Origin: Eledone cirrhosa
Lineage: Eukaryota
Direction of reading: 5' to 3'
Assembly: GCA_964016885.1 (NCBI GenBank)
Contig: OZ024740.1
Location: forward strand, 276,644,001 to 276,708,000
Length of the DNA: 64,000 nucleotides
Part shown: piece after piece, positions 41,993-59,911 of the stretch
Numbering within the stretch: the stretch's first letter is position 1
Layout: each line of letters starts with the position of its first letter
Made by a program: the position numbers and the translations under genes
Notes under the pieces: model-generated
The model's database searches: none
Told to the model about the DNA's origin: nothing
The model's input: only the letters and a program-made list of their open reading frames with translations

Positions 41993-42405
41993 GTGAAAGA
42001 GTGAAGAATAACATGGTGGGCTGTACAAAAGGGTTTTATTTACAGTGTTAACAATTGTCTCTGATCAAATCATCGGAATACTGAAGGATAACCAGTGTCC
42101 TGTGTTACACCCTTCCGACGATTTGATCAGAGACACACACTGTATTTAAGGTCGAGTGACAATTTCTAGTGATTAGCGGCCTTTAGACTCATTTGATCAA
42201 TGAAACAATTATTAATACTGTCAATAAACAAAACCCCTTTGTTCAGCCGACCATGATATTCTTCACTCTTACACTATTATTACTCCAAGAATTACCTGCA
42301 TAGGTATTCTCGTAAACTCGACACCTAACTACCTAACTAATGAAAATTCTTGTTGAGTCAAACAACGCCGTACCTGGATTACCTTAAACGATAACTTGTT
42401 ATCCT
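41993..42405. mobile_element. Family C fold-back insert
   Basis: Imperfect arms at about 41993-42058 and 42203-42275. CCGAUGA..GAGAC-AAUU-GUU variant on the minus strand. Confidence 0.6.
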
Positions 42406-42437
42406 ATATATATATATGCCAAACAAATACAATCACG

Positions 42438-42475
<38 letters not shown>

Positions 42476-42483
42476 TTCGGGAT

Positions 42484-42542
<59 letters not shown>

Positions 42543-43414
42543 TAAAGTTAGTCCTTCATCAGTGATCTTCCAACCATCATTGGTATTTCATCACTTTAAA
42601 GACCATATACCTCCGGTTGGTGCGAGCAACGGCTAAAAAAAGTCGTTGGGACACGTAAATAAAGGGGACACGAGAGTGTAAACAAACATAGATGGTGAAG
42701 AAACGAAAAGTGAGGAAAAAAGAGTCAAGTCCCAAATTTCCATGAATATAAGTTCGGTGAAATCGTGAACGAGAGAGAATAAAGACCATCAAACCTGGTT
42801 GGAATGTGAGCAAGGAAGGAATTCCGTACAGGTCTAACGGGAGGAAGAAGAAATCTAGTCTGTAAATTCGGTGAACATAAGCTCTGTGAAATCGTAGACG
42901 AGAGAGAGAAAAAAAGCGAACCTGCCTGACCAAGGTGCGAAAAAAAAGAATTACGCACAGGTCAAACGGGAAGAAGGAGGAGGAGGAGAGGTAGTAACAG
43001 AGAGTGAGTGAGTGAAGGGTGAGGAAGAGGCTAACAGAGAGAGTGACTGTTAGATATATATATATATATATATATATTTCGGGATTGTACTTGTTTGGAA
43101 AAAGAGTTGATCTGAGAATGTATATTGAAACTGGAATAATTACATCATGGAAAGTTCATAAGGATACACATTTCAACAAGCTTATTCTGTTATAATCACT
43201 TTTGTTATATTTTTTAATAATTTTGGTTGCCATATAGAAGTGAGTGGAAACGGTTTTAGTAGCAAAAGTGAATATCAAGTGAATAAAAACCTGCAGGGTG
43301 CAACTCTGCTAAGCACATAATGAATCTCTAGTTACACAAATTCATAGATATGCAACATACATTAAATTACTTCTTTCATATTCAAGCTGCATTATATATA
43401 AAAAGTTATATGAG

Positions 43415-43487
<73 letters not shown>

Positions 43488-43516
43488 TATATATATATAT
43501 GTGTATATATATATAC

Positions 43517-43561
<45 letters not shown>

Positions 43562-43602
43562 ATGGGTGTATGTGTGTGTGTGTGTATGTGTGTATATATA
43601 TA

Positions 43603-43866
43603 TCTAAAGTCTAAAGTCTGTGTTAAGCCAGAAGGCACATTTGGCCGTTGTTTATCCCGGTTTCATGGCGTGAAGCGACTGAGAGTACAAGACAGGACGC
43701 CAATCCATCGCAGGGTTAAACCTCCAGCTATTGCTGGTACTCGGCTGAGTATACTGGAGCAACGTGAAATGAAGTCTTTTGCTCAAGAACACAACACGGA
43801 ACCCAGGAATAGAACCCACGACGTTATGATCATAAGTCCAACAGTTACCACCAGGCCACGTGCCTC

Positions 43867-43868
<2 letters not shown>
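43603..43868 (-). mobile_element. tRNA-derived CORE-type SINE
   Basis: The minus strand starts GGAGGCACGTGGCCTGGTGGT..GGGTTCTATTCC (A and B boxes), followed by a TGTGTTCTTGAGCAA CORE-like segment and a (GACTTTA)n tail. Confidence 0.8.
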
Positions 43869-43944
<76 letters not shown>

Positions 43945-43956
43945 CATGTATATACA

Positions 43957-48427
<4,471 letters not shown>

Positions 48428-48428
48428 T

Positions 48429-48489
<61 letters not shown>

Positions 48490-48556
48490 GAAGGTTTAGC
48501 AAATAAGAACAAGTTTTAAGATAAATTTTAAAAAGTTCACTGTACCTGCTGTAATT

Positions 48557-48641
48557 ACCCTTACCGTACGGTTTCAAGTCTCAAAATAAATGGATAAGCC
48601 ATGCGGAAATCCATTGAAAAGAAAGACTTTCTTCAGAGGGT
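48557..48641 (-). ncRNA. Type I hammerhead ribozyme motif with complete core
   Basis: ACCCU-CUGAAGA-AAGUCU..AGACUU-GAAA-CCG(UA)CGG-UA-AGGGU, with palindromic stem III ACCGUACGGU. Confidence 0.85.
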
Positions 48642-48843
48642 TATATGTATATATATGTATGTATGTATATAAAATATATATATATTTCTCATATACCGTT
48701 TTAGAGATGTCAGCATCTTTCACAGAACACAACTGAATGCCTGCAAAATTAAGCTCGTGGGCGTGGTGGTTTTATTCCTACCATATTATATCGTGTCAAA
48801 ATGTTTCATCGTACAATTACCATGAGGTTGCCATTAAAAGTTT

Positions 48844-48890
<47 letters not shown>

Positions 48891-49051
48891 CAAACTACGA
48901 TTGTGTGTCTTGATTTAAAAGATGGCCACATTGCACATATGCTCCAAGTAGCTGGTTTTTCAGAAAATGACCATATCCACCAATATTTTTTTTATACTCT
49001 GTCTGTTACAGGATAATAGTGTGTGGGGGAGGGGGAGGGGGTGCTTGTGTC

Positions 49052-49086
<35 letters not shown>

Positions 49087-50325
49087 CTGTCTGTCTGTGT
49101 GTGTTTGTGTGTAAGGCAGAGAGTGTGAGAAATAATTTATTTTATTTCTCTCATTTTGAAATGCCAATTTTCTTTTGCGTGCTTTTAATACATAACTAAA
49201 TGTTTGCTCCGTGTTCCGTCGTTATATTCGCTGTCGTTTTATTTGTTGCAATGATAATATTTTATTCGAAATGTATTTAGTAGTCGTAATTCCAGTCGGT
49301 GTTTGTCAAAGAATAACCATTTTCTATGTAATCTCATCTATATATTTGACGAGTAAAGAAAACATGAAGTGCACCTAAGATATCTAGCAAAATGTACGTA
49401 TTGTGTGCTGCTTGATAAGATGCTCGAGTTAATGTAAGATATTTATAGTTTATAGGGGGGAATTCGTGAGTTCTCTATCCCTTCTTATCTAAGGCGAGAG
49501 GGTTTGGTGTTTTAACATAAGAAGGTTAAGACCTTAAGAAGCCTCAAAATGTCAGTACTGGTGACACTGTTGTACAACGAATTACCTGAAACAAGCTGAA
49601 AAGACTGAATTAAATAGGTTAGTGTGAACAATAATTTAGGATGAATAGCAGAACATAAACGGATATGTCTTCAGACTCACAGCTCTCAACGGCTCATAAA
49701 CAAGCTATCCAACCGACGACTTAGAAGCAATACGCTTCACTTTTGCATAAGACGCCATAGTGACAAAACGATTTTCCAGTTAATTGGGATTTAGTTATTG
49801 ACCATTTCGGAAGAAATAATTCTATTATAAGAGAAATACTAAAGTATTCGTTTAGAAATCTGGATATAATTTTTGCTGCAGTACAGAAATATATTATTAA
49901 GATTTAGTTTCAAGGCATTGGGATTTTATACTAAAGACACATACTTACATACTATAAGTATGTGTTTTTAGACTAACATTACATTTCATAACACACCATG
50001 ATATAATGACTGTAGATCAAGTTATTATATTTACATTGCTGTGATTTTATTTTTACTAGTTTTATGATATCGTGATTTTAAATAAAATAATTATTTTAAC
50101 AATGCTGTGACCTTGCATTGAAGACTTGCTGGATTTTTTCTTAAATAAAAGTTAGAAACAGACGGTAGAAAGTTTATGAAAAGGAAACAATTGGATGAAA
50201 ACAAAATGACAATATGACTATTAAAAATGAAAAACAATCACTTAAACAACAACGACACAAGTTCCACTCCACATTTAACGACTGACTAGTGACAATGTGC
50301 ATGTCCTAGCATTATGTATAATAAT

Positions 50326-50493
50326 TGTTTCTACTTTTGGCACAAGGCCAGCAATTATCCCAGTGTATTACTGGTACTTTATTTTATCGACCCCGTAAGG
50401 ATGAAAGGCAAAGTTAACCTCGGCGGGATTTGAACTCAGACCATAAAGGACCGTAACTCTTCGCTGCAAAGCAGGGCATCCGACTCTCTACCG
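50326..50493 (-). mobile_element. SINE copy, slightly 5'-truncated
   Basis: Same consensus, TSD ATGTATAATAAT. Confidence 0.9.
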
Positions 50494-50539
50494 ATGTATA
50501 ATAATAATGTCGGGATCTATATTAATTCATTAAAATACA

Positions 50540-52350
50540 ATAGGTTATGCAAAGTGCAATGTTTTGTGAAGTGTTATACACATCCAGCAGAATTTTACTT
50601 TAAAAATGATGCTAAGGAACCATACCCAATCTTCTACGTATAGCTAGACAAATATTCATCGTATCACCTTCGCACACGAAGAGAATATTCTGCAAGTGAT
50701 GCACACAATTTCCATTACAGTGGATCAAAAGCTGCCTTTATTGTTACGTTTTTTGCAAAGTATAATGACTTTAATGGCTCTAGGAAAAATCATATATCAA
50801 GTAATTTGCACAGAGATCCTCACGTTGATGCAGGAGTTTTATGAAAATCAGAACTAAACTAGAAAACAATATCGTATGCCAGATTGGCTGTGGTATAGAG
50901 AAAAAGCACTTTATTATGTGGGGCTCATGAGGTGGGGATAAATCATAACTGGAAATGTAAAAGGCCTCAATAAGTTCTACATTAAACCAGAAGATAAAAC
51001 ACTGCATAACAATTTGGAAAATTCTTCAGTTGTTCACAGTGTGTCGGTCTATGTTGAAAATGAAACTAATGTAATTTCGTGAAGAAATTATAAGGCTGGA
51101 TATTGCACCTGGACGTTTAATAATTATCCGTGAGAGTACTATCATCTTTCAGAAGGAATAATTGCCATTTAGTTTACGGTTTGTTGGTGTTGTACAATCT
51201 AGGGTTATTCGCGATTAATGTTGTGGCTTTGCATATATGGAGACAACACACAGTTCTGTAAGTGAACTGGATACAGTCTTCATTTACTATTTTACATAAT
51301 TTAGGGTTAAACCTAGAAAATCTGCTTGGTATGGAATTTAATAGTTGTGTACAATGGCAGCAAAAAACAAGATCCTATATTACAAGCTAAACTAAAGAAC
51401 AAATATTCAAAACCTGAATGTGTTCATTGTAAACTAAATCTCGTTGCGAACAACATTAATGTAGCGCCTACAAAATTCTACTATCACAGTCAAAGCTCTC
51501 ATTATTATTATTATTATTTATTTTTTCAAATCTCGCCGAGGTTGACTTTGTCTTTCATCCTTACGGGGTCGATAAAATAAAGTACCAGTAATGCACTGGG
51601 TAATTGCTGGCCTTGTGCCTAAAGTAGAAACAATTATTATTTATTTTTTCGTGTGTGTCCTAAGGAATATTTAATTCAAAGTGTGCTGTTATAAGATATA
51701 TATGTTGGGCTGCAAAAAATTTTTCACATTAATTGTGAAAATACTTTTGTTCATTTATGTATATAGTAAAAGCTTTAGGTAAAATATGCTTAAAATCTCA
51801 TCAGTCAGCTTGCTTCAAGTACAGCAAATCTTTTCAGCTGTGGTTACAATTTCCACTAATTCAAAACGACTGAATTCTGAAAGACAAGCACCCCAAGCTA
51901 CTCAACTTGAAAGTGAATAATGATGTCCAGAATCTCTTAATTGGGTTCTATGGCTACAGACAAAAGCAGAAGGAAATCTCGATGATAGTCAGAGAGCTGA
52001 CAGAAAAAAAATGAACTAATTCTTTCTAATGAGAGTGACCGACAGAAATTACGTTCTATTACTAATGAGTCGACTATATAAAATTTTCGCATATCAGTTT
52101 ATTTACAATATTTACACTACGTTATATGATTATAGGAAAGCCCATTTGCTCCTGATACTAAGTAAGCTTTTAGCCGATGTGCACTTCATCCACTACAAAT
52201 GGTGGGGCTTACAAAGGAAGAATTCATGAGGTAGATTGCAAAGCTTGAACTCTATGAAATTGAAAACATACAAACTAAAGTTGGTTTGGAATATGACCAG
52301 AAAAAAAAAGAGGTGATATGATTGATGTAAATGAAGACTTCTGCGCTAAT
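50540..52350 (+). pseudogene. Heavily decayed hAT (Tip100/ZMYM1-type) transposase, interrupted by a SINE fragment at about 51525-51635
   Basis: Ordered remnants ITGNVKGL, IIRESTIIFQKE*LPFSLRFV (51123-51185; cf. DETTDxSxxEQLSxxxRYV), LGLNLENLLG, LQAKLK..VHCKLNLV and RLQSLN. Boundaries are approximate. Confidence 0.55.
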
Positions 52351-53708
52351 TCAATGACACTGATTTATTTTATTTTCGTTGGCAAGCTATTCTTATTGCT
52401 CCAACGTTATTTGTAAAAATCTGTACAGAGAAGAGATCTATCAGACCCGAAGTCAACTTTACCTTTCATCCTTCAGAGTTCGATAAAATAAAGACTACAA
52501 AATGATCCCAGAGTTGTGTTCTGTTGTTGCTGAGACAAAGGTTTTATGTATGTTTCTTCAGTGCAGAAAATTCACATGTTATGTATGTGGTAGTAAAGAG
52601 CGGGGGAAAAAATGGAAAAACAACACAGCAAACCACCGAAGGGGCTGTTCCTGTAGTCCCATCAGACACACCGTAAAAAATTGTGAAAATAACTTCCTCT
52701 GCCTAAAAGGAATAGAAGTCAAGAAAAGGCAAGCAAAAGTGTGAGTATGAGCCTATCTTCTCTAACATCAAATTAAAATTCATCGTTCTTCGCGAAACAA
52801 GCACAAAATCTGATGTAAGTCATACAAGATCTATACAATTATACAATTATTTCGGAACAAATACAGTACAGATTAGTGAGGGATCCGATTAAACAGAGTC
52901 GATGAAAGACAGGATAAACAACAACAATTTATAACAAAGCTAAAAACAACTTAACGTAAATCGTCATCAACACATGAGACATTTTAACCACGCAGATACA
53001 AAAATTGCATACGGATACGGGCACATTTAGGAAAGCACAATTACATTGGAATAGGGCAACAAAGTAAAATATGGAAGATAAAGGGGAGCAGAATTGTACG
53101 GTCACCTGATTTGACGCAGGACGATATTTTTTATCATGCGTGTACCGACTGGATTCTCTTTCTTTTTCCTCGACGCTCGCCCCACGACCAGTCACATCTT
53201 TTATCCCACGCGGCTACTTCCTACATCCCTGTAGCTTTGATGTTTTTTGTTTCTTTAGTCCGTGGGTTAAGACGATTTTCGTCTCGGTGAGCCAATCAGC
53301 TGTTGTCTTTCCATCACCATTCTATTAAACATCGCTTCTGGCTAGCAGCATGCACGTCCATATTAAATATATATATATCCTTGTGTCACCCATTAGATAT
53401 GTGTGTATGGAATAATTATTTTGTATAATGTGTCTATATATGAATATGTATGCATAGATGTGTGAGTATGTAACTAAAGCGTAACGTACACACGTTCGAA
53501 ACGCACCAAGAAAAACATTTTTGTCCAATTCCACTCTGCCTGTCTTCTCAATCTTTCTATTTATTTTTAATTTCTTATTCTATTTACTGATGAAGGACTA
53601 GCGTCTAAAACATGAATACTCTTTTCCTACTATATCAAGCGTAAAACTAATAATATATTTCTTTATTGTACTGTGTCGTTTGCTTTGTTATTCATGTTTG
53701 TCTTTTGC

Positions 53709-53739
<31 letters not shown>

Positions 53740-53772
53740 CACACACATACACACATATATATATATATATAA

Positions 53773-53812
<40 letters not shown>

Positions 53813-53931
53813 ATAGTACGTTTATCCAGTGGGACGCCTATAAGGGTTTCAGTTGCACTAATAGGAAATGCAAGGCGCTACTCTGTGTTCTCAAAGTTGA
53901 ATATATCAACCCCAGTACTTGACTGGTACTT

Positions 53932-53963
<32 letters not shown>

Positions 53964-54017
53964 TACATATATATATATATTGTACCAAGAAACAGAAATA
54001 GTTCTATTTAAAGTAAT

Positions 54018-54201
54018 TGTTTCTACTTTAGGCACAAGGCCAGCAATTACCCAGTGCATTACTGGTACTTTATTTTATCGACCCCGTAAGGATGAAAGGC
54101 AAAGTCAACCTCGGCGGGATTTGAACTCAGATCGTAAAGGGACGTAACTATGCTGGAAAGCATGGCGCCCGACCCTCTACCGATACTGCCAATCCACCGC
54201 C
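54018..54201 (-). mobile_element. Full-length young SINE
   Basis: Perfect 18-bp TSD AGTTCTATTTAAAGTAAT. Confidence 0.95.
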
Positions 54202-56007
54202 AGTTCTATTTAAAGTAATGACCATTAATATTCGCGGTGGTGAGTCACCAGATATCTGTCGAAGAGCTTAGTTTCTTTATACCAATATTACATAATATAT
54301 GTTGGGTTTATATTGGATTCTCGTGTGTATCTTGCCTTAATTGGTGTTAACATCCCATCAAAGCTAAAAACAACATGTATGGTTTTTCAATTACATACGT
54401 TAAACTTTGAGAAATGGTTACATGTTTGCATGAAAATATAGGCAGAATCAACCTTGCCGTTTAAAATTTATGAGCTATTTTTCTTTAAGGGACGGAGCAT
54501 GTGTTCAATGCGCATGCCGTGGAAATATTGATACTTCCCAAATTTAAATGAAAAAGATCAAAAACCGCATGATAATGTAGAAATTACAGTAAGTTAGTTG
54601 GCTGGAATGACGGATGGTCAGGATGATAATTTTCCCAGCATGAACGAATGTGTCATGAAATGGGCCAAGTCGTGAATATTTTCCTCTTGGAGTTGGGTCT
54701 TAGAAGTATTAAGGTCTTTTATGTGGTTCAGAGCCTGTATCTCTTGGATGCATTAATTATTTGATATTATAATATTGCTTCGTCGTTTCCTTCAAGCTCT
54801 TTGGGTATACTCATATCTGCATACTTTAAGAATAGTATGTAGGAGTAGTAATAATATTAAGCGTTTTTGCAATTTAGTTGTGGATTTAGGTTGATTTGGG
54901 TCACGTACACAACCAGACTGATATTACATTACTAGTATAACAGGTATTCGTCCTTCTTTCTATATGAACATTTTGAAATTTTCTTGTAGTTTTGATGATA
55001 TAACATATTTTAAGTTAAGAGCACATGAATAGCTGATCTTAAAGGCACGTCTACTGATAATTTTATTATCTGAGGTTGTAGTGGAAAATGCTTATCTTCC
55101 TGTCACGAATGTCTTGCTTATGCTTGTCATAGTGTTTAATTAAAAGGGTGGTCAAGAGAGAAAGATAGCTCTACTGTGTTTCTTTTCTGGATATTTCTGA
55201 TACAGGAGGGCCGTAGTAAATCTTGTAACAGTTTCTACAATCTGAATGAGAAACGTAGCGATAGAAATAGATGAAAAAAAAACCATGCCTTCTCTTTAGT
55301 CTTTAAGAATTTATCATTACTATTCTTCATAGAATTTTAAATATAGCCTTCTCTAAAGATGCATTCGATTGGGAAGAGTTGTTACAGCATAGGATGATAT
55401 GCTTTGCCATATCTACGCCTTCCGATGATACTGGTATCAAGCAGTATCAGCCCTGTATTTCCATTGGAGAACATTGTTAGTATGGAGAAGAGACACTTAC
55501 ATGTATGGACAACAGATGTTCTTTCCACCAAAAGTCTTCACGTTTTACATTTGAAATAAACTTTTCAGAATATACAGTGTTATCGCATTCGCTTGAAGAG
55601 GTCTTATATCTCTCTCAAAAATAAAAAAAAAGAGGTAGAAGAAGCCACAGGAATATTTGTGGTTAATACTCCAAATATTGCTCGTTTATCCTCTGCATTT
55701 TAGAAAATTTAGCATCAAAATAGATGCAATCCTAAGCGCTCCTGCCCCATATGAGCGGGTTAACAATATATAAGCATCCTTCTAATTTTTCACGTCCACT
55801 ATATTATATAAGGATTTGTTTCTACAGTTTGGAACCATTTCTCTATTATCTTTCTTCCAACAAACAAAAACATTTAGTAAATATACATTTCTAGAAGGCC
55901 ACAAAAACACATTTTTATTGGAAAATTTTAATTTTTATTGTAAATTTTCCATGAAAATATATTTCAAAACGATTTTATAAAATATTCATCTTTGTTTATT
56001 TTGAAAT

Positions 56008-56008
56008 T

Positions 56009-56077
<69 letters not shown>

Positions 56078-56097
56078 AAACCACCACCACCACCACC

Positions 56098-56156
<59 letters not shown>
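56008..56156. repeat. (CTA)n-(CCA)n-(CTA)n trinucleotide repeat
   Basis: Direct reading. Confidence 0.95.
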
Positions 56157-56158
<2 letters not shown>

Positions 56159-57026
56159 GTATTATCATCATTGTTATCGTTATTATTGTGATTTTTTAAT
56201 TTTCTTTCAAATGAATCATTATAATATTTCTTTTCTAACACTTTCAAATTGTAGGCAACGCTTGACAGGTGTTAGAATTACCTGCATTTTCCTGTAAAAC
56301 ATAAAAAAGCCCACAATAACAGCAAACACACAAACGATATTCCCTTTTTTTTTTTCAATAGTATACACAGAAATAGAAGTGAAATGAAGTGAGAGTCAGG
56401 GGAGGGAGAGAGGAAACGAAATTCTTTTGTTTTCTTCTTTCTATTCATCATTTTGTATTTTTTATTTTATTTTACCTTTTACCTTCTCGCCCCCCCCCCC
56501 TCCCCTCTTTCTTTTCGTCTCACTTATTATACTTCTCTCGTGATTCATTACAATTTTTTTCTCATTTAAAGCATGTTGTAAATAATATATTTAATTCAGT
56601 CTACTTGTAAAGGATTGAATGTATTTCAACGAAGAAATTAATTAGATGAAACTCACCAACCAGAGGCCCCTCTTCTATATTATAAAGAATACGCAATGTT
56701 CATTAATATTTTGAATATCGATAGATGCTATTGTCCAATTTTTCTATTGATTCCGACCAAAAATTTTCATTTACTGCACCACCTTAAATCTTTTGAAGTG
56801 TTTATTCATATTCTTTCTCAAATCATTACATATATTTTTTTCTCTAACAATTCTTCAGGCTATTTCGTTTTTATTTCTTTATACTTAAATATTTGTTGTT
56901 GCAAATTTCTTATATTTTTTCCAGAGCTTTTCAATCACTAACTGTCTAACATACTTCTGTCCTAGCAGTTACCATTTCCCTATCTAACTACCCATCTATC
57001 TAGATTTTATAGAGCAATCCCCCCCC

Positions 57027-57067
<41 letters not shown>

Positions 57068-57127
57068 GCACACACACACACACATTATAACACACACACA
57101 CACACACACACTATCACACACTCACAA

Positions 57128-57176
<49 letters not shown>

Positions 57177-57258
57177 GTAGAGAGTGAGAGAGAAATTACT
57201 TCTACAGGACTAAAGCTGTTTCATTCATATTTTATTGTATATCATTATCTTATAACTA

Positions 57259-57441
57259 AGGGCGGTGAATTGGCAGTATCGGTAGAGGGTCGGACATGCT
57301 TTCCAGCGTAGTTACGTCCCTTTACGATCTAAGTTCAAATCCCGCCGAAGTTAACTTTGCCTTTCATCCTTACGGGGTCGATAAAATAAAGTACCAGTAA
57401 TGCACTGGGTAATTGCTGGCCTTGTGCCAAAAGTAGAAACA
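57259..57441 (+). mobile_element. Full-length SINE
   Basis: Consensus match, TSD ATTATCT(T/C)ATAACTA. Confidence 0.9.
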
Positions 57442-57509
57442 ATTATCTCATAACTATTTCTTCCTCCCTCGTCTCTCTATCCTCCCCTCCCTCTCTCTCT
57501 GAAATACGC

Positions 57510-59015
57510 TTACATGGGGATAGCCACTTAAATGGAAATGGATGTGTTTACACTTTCTTTGGAAAGCTATATCAGATGGTCAAAAGAGAGAATGAGGTGT
57601 TGACTTGGCTGTTAGAAACTCTTTCATCTCATCTTTTGAAAATAATGCCAGCGGTTTCTCAGAAAATATTATGTTATGTATCTCTTTTGAAAAAAAGAGA
57701 TAGCTAAATGTGTGTATGCTTCCACAATGAAGCTGGAGAATTAATGAGAAATGTGAAAACTACAGATAAACTAGAAATTATGGGTTACTTCAACCAGGGG
57801 ATTGAATCTGATTTCATAACATGGTTTGTCTTGGGTAAACATGGTATAGGGAAATGTAACCGAAATGAAGTTTTACTCCTTACATTTTACATTTAATAAC
57901 AAACACCTTCTTACAACAGAATAGTAAATGTAAAACAACTTGAATGCATCCAAGATCTGAAGACTGTCATCTCATTGATTATATTTTAGTTTAAAATGTG
58001 ATGTAAAAGATATATGTAGTGTGCGCACAATGAAAGGGTCAGAGTACTTGACTGATCATTGTCTAGTCGGAGCCATACTCAATCTAACTATAACACTAAA
58101 AGCTTGAGACCCTGGGAAAGAAACTTAATGTGGTAAATTTAAAGTCATTCGATGTTATCAACAATTTTCTTAATGTCTTATATAATATCACACTTGATCC
58201 GAGCAATCTTTGGGAAGAATTTAAGATAAAAGTCTTTCAAGCAGCATCTATCTCAGTTGGTATGAGATCAAGGAGATCAGTTACAGATTACAACTACGAA
58301 ATATGTGACTTACTTAAGGACAAACAAAATCTCTATCAAAACATTTTGCTCAATTAATCAATCCTAATTCTAATGACTCTTATAAGCAACTAAAAGGCAG
58401 GCTCAAAATGTTTTGAGAAATATTAAACATCACTAATGGTGGCACAAAGCCAAACAAGCACAAGAGGCAGGAGATCACGATGATACTAAGGCATTGTTCT
58501 TTTATATTAAACAAGTATATTGTCAACAATCCTCTTCAATATCACCTGTAAGAGATGCAGATGGTCAGTCACCCTTGACTGATATGGTTCCATTCAGCAT
58601 CATAGAGTAGAACACCTCTCTGAGCTCCTTAACAGACTTTCTAATGTTGACATAAATATTGAATTAACGGAAAACTTCTCAATTGTAGATGAAATGGTGC
58701 CAGATCTAACTAGAAATGATATTGCTTCTGCTGTACAAAAACTAAATGACAATAAATCTCCTAACCAGAATTGTATTAATGCCGAGGTTCTCAGGCATGG
58801 AGGTGAAAAAATAGTAGAACTTTTACGCACAGTAATATCCTTTTCCTGGAGGAAGGGAGAGGTATCGCAAGACTGGGTTGATGTTCTCTTGGTCTCCCAA
58901 TTCTATTCCGATATATAAAAAAAAATCCAATGTGGTAATTTTAGGGACAGTTCCCTATTTTCTGTTGTTGGTAAAGTTCTAGCAAGTCTCCTTTTGGAAC
59001 AGTTAAATATGTTCA
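57510..59015 (+). pseudogene. Decayed RTE/BovB-like LINE (endonuclease to start of RT)
   Basis: VLGKHGIGKCNRN, TT*MHPRS..HLIDYILV, LTDHCLV, KLNDNKSP..INAEVLRHGG, W..GEVSQDW, CGNFR..LFSVVGKVLA, with many disruptions. Confidence 0.8.
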
Positions 59016-59119
59016 TAGTGTATCGACATATATACTTTGATAACACAGACACACAAATATCTGGACAGAAAAACATATAGATTGAAATACACATTCAGAC
59101 ACATCTGAACAGGTTCATG

Positions 59120-59152
<33 letters not shown>

Positions 59153-59872
59153 GTTCCTATACACACCCGTTAATACACACACACACACACACACACACAC
59201 AGACCATGACATACTCACACAGACCATGACATACTCACACAGACCATGACATACTCACACAGACCAGACTCACTCAGAGGCCTTGACACACACACACACA
59301 CACACACACATACACACAAGTAGCCAAACATTCATCTGAATGGACGCACCTACAGATTCAGATTGTCAATATACGTAGACCAAACCACACACGCATAATA
59401 TCACAATCAAAATATATACCACTCCAACAGACATACGTACACACACACATCTGAACAAGCACAGTCGACCACACACACAGACATAACACACGAACATACA
59501 CATGTACACTCACACATCACCACTGCACAACAATACACTCACAGAAACCAAACCACAAATACACAAACATCTGATAAGAAACTCACACATATACACAAAT
59601 AGACCGTAATACACGTACGCACACGCACACACTATACACCTTGACGCACACCATCATGGATAAAATATACACCAAAGGAGCACACACATATGCACACACT
59701 TACATACATCCGAATAGGCACAAACTCATACGTACACATATAGGGACACAGACTTCACACATGTACTCGTATACACTAACCCACTTTAACACGCATTCTC
59801 CAACACACACAATGGCCAAATTACAAACAGACACATAGACACAGGCACACGTTGACAAGGCCCCCCCCTCCC

Positions 59873-59911
<39 letters not shown>

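Noticed and set aside
52502-52744. Cys-rich 80-aa ORF
   Set aside because: No recognisable zinc-finger spacing or homology, and it starts next to a SINE fragment.
54300-55480. Possible decayed LINE endonuclease on the minus strand (NVLQW.., IYYGPP)
   Set aside because: The motif remnants are too sparse to support without a translated search.
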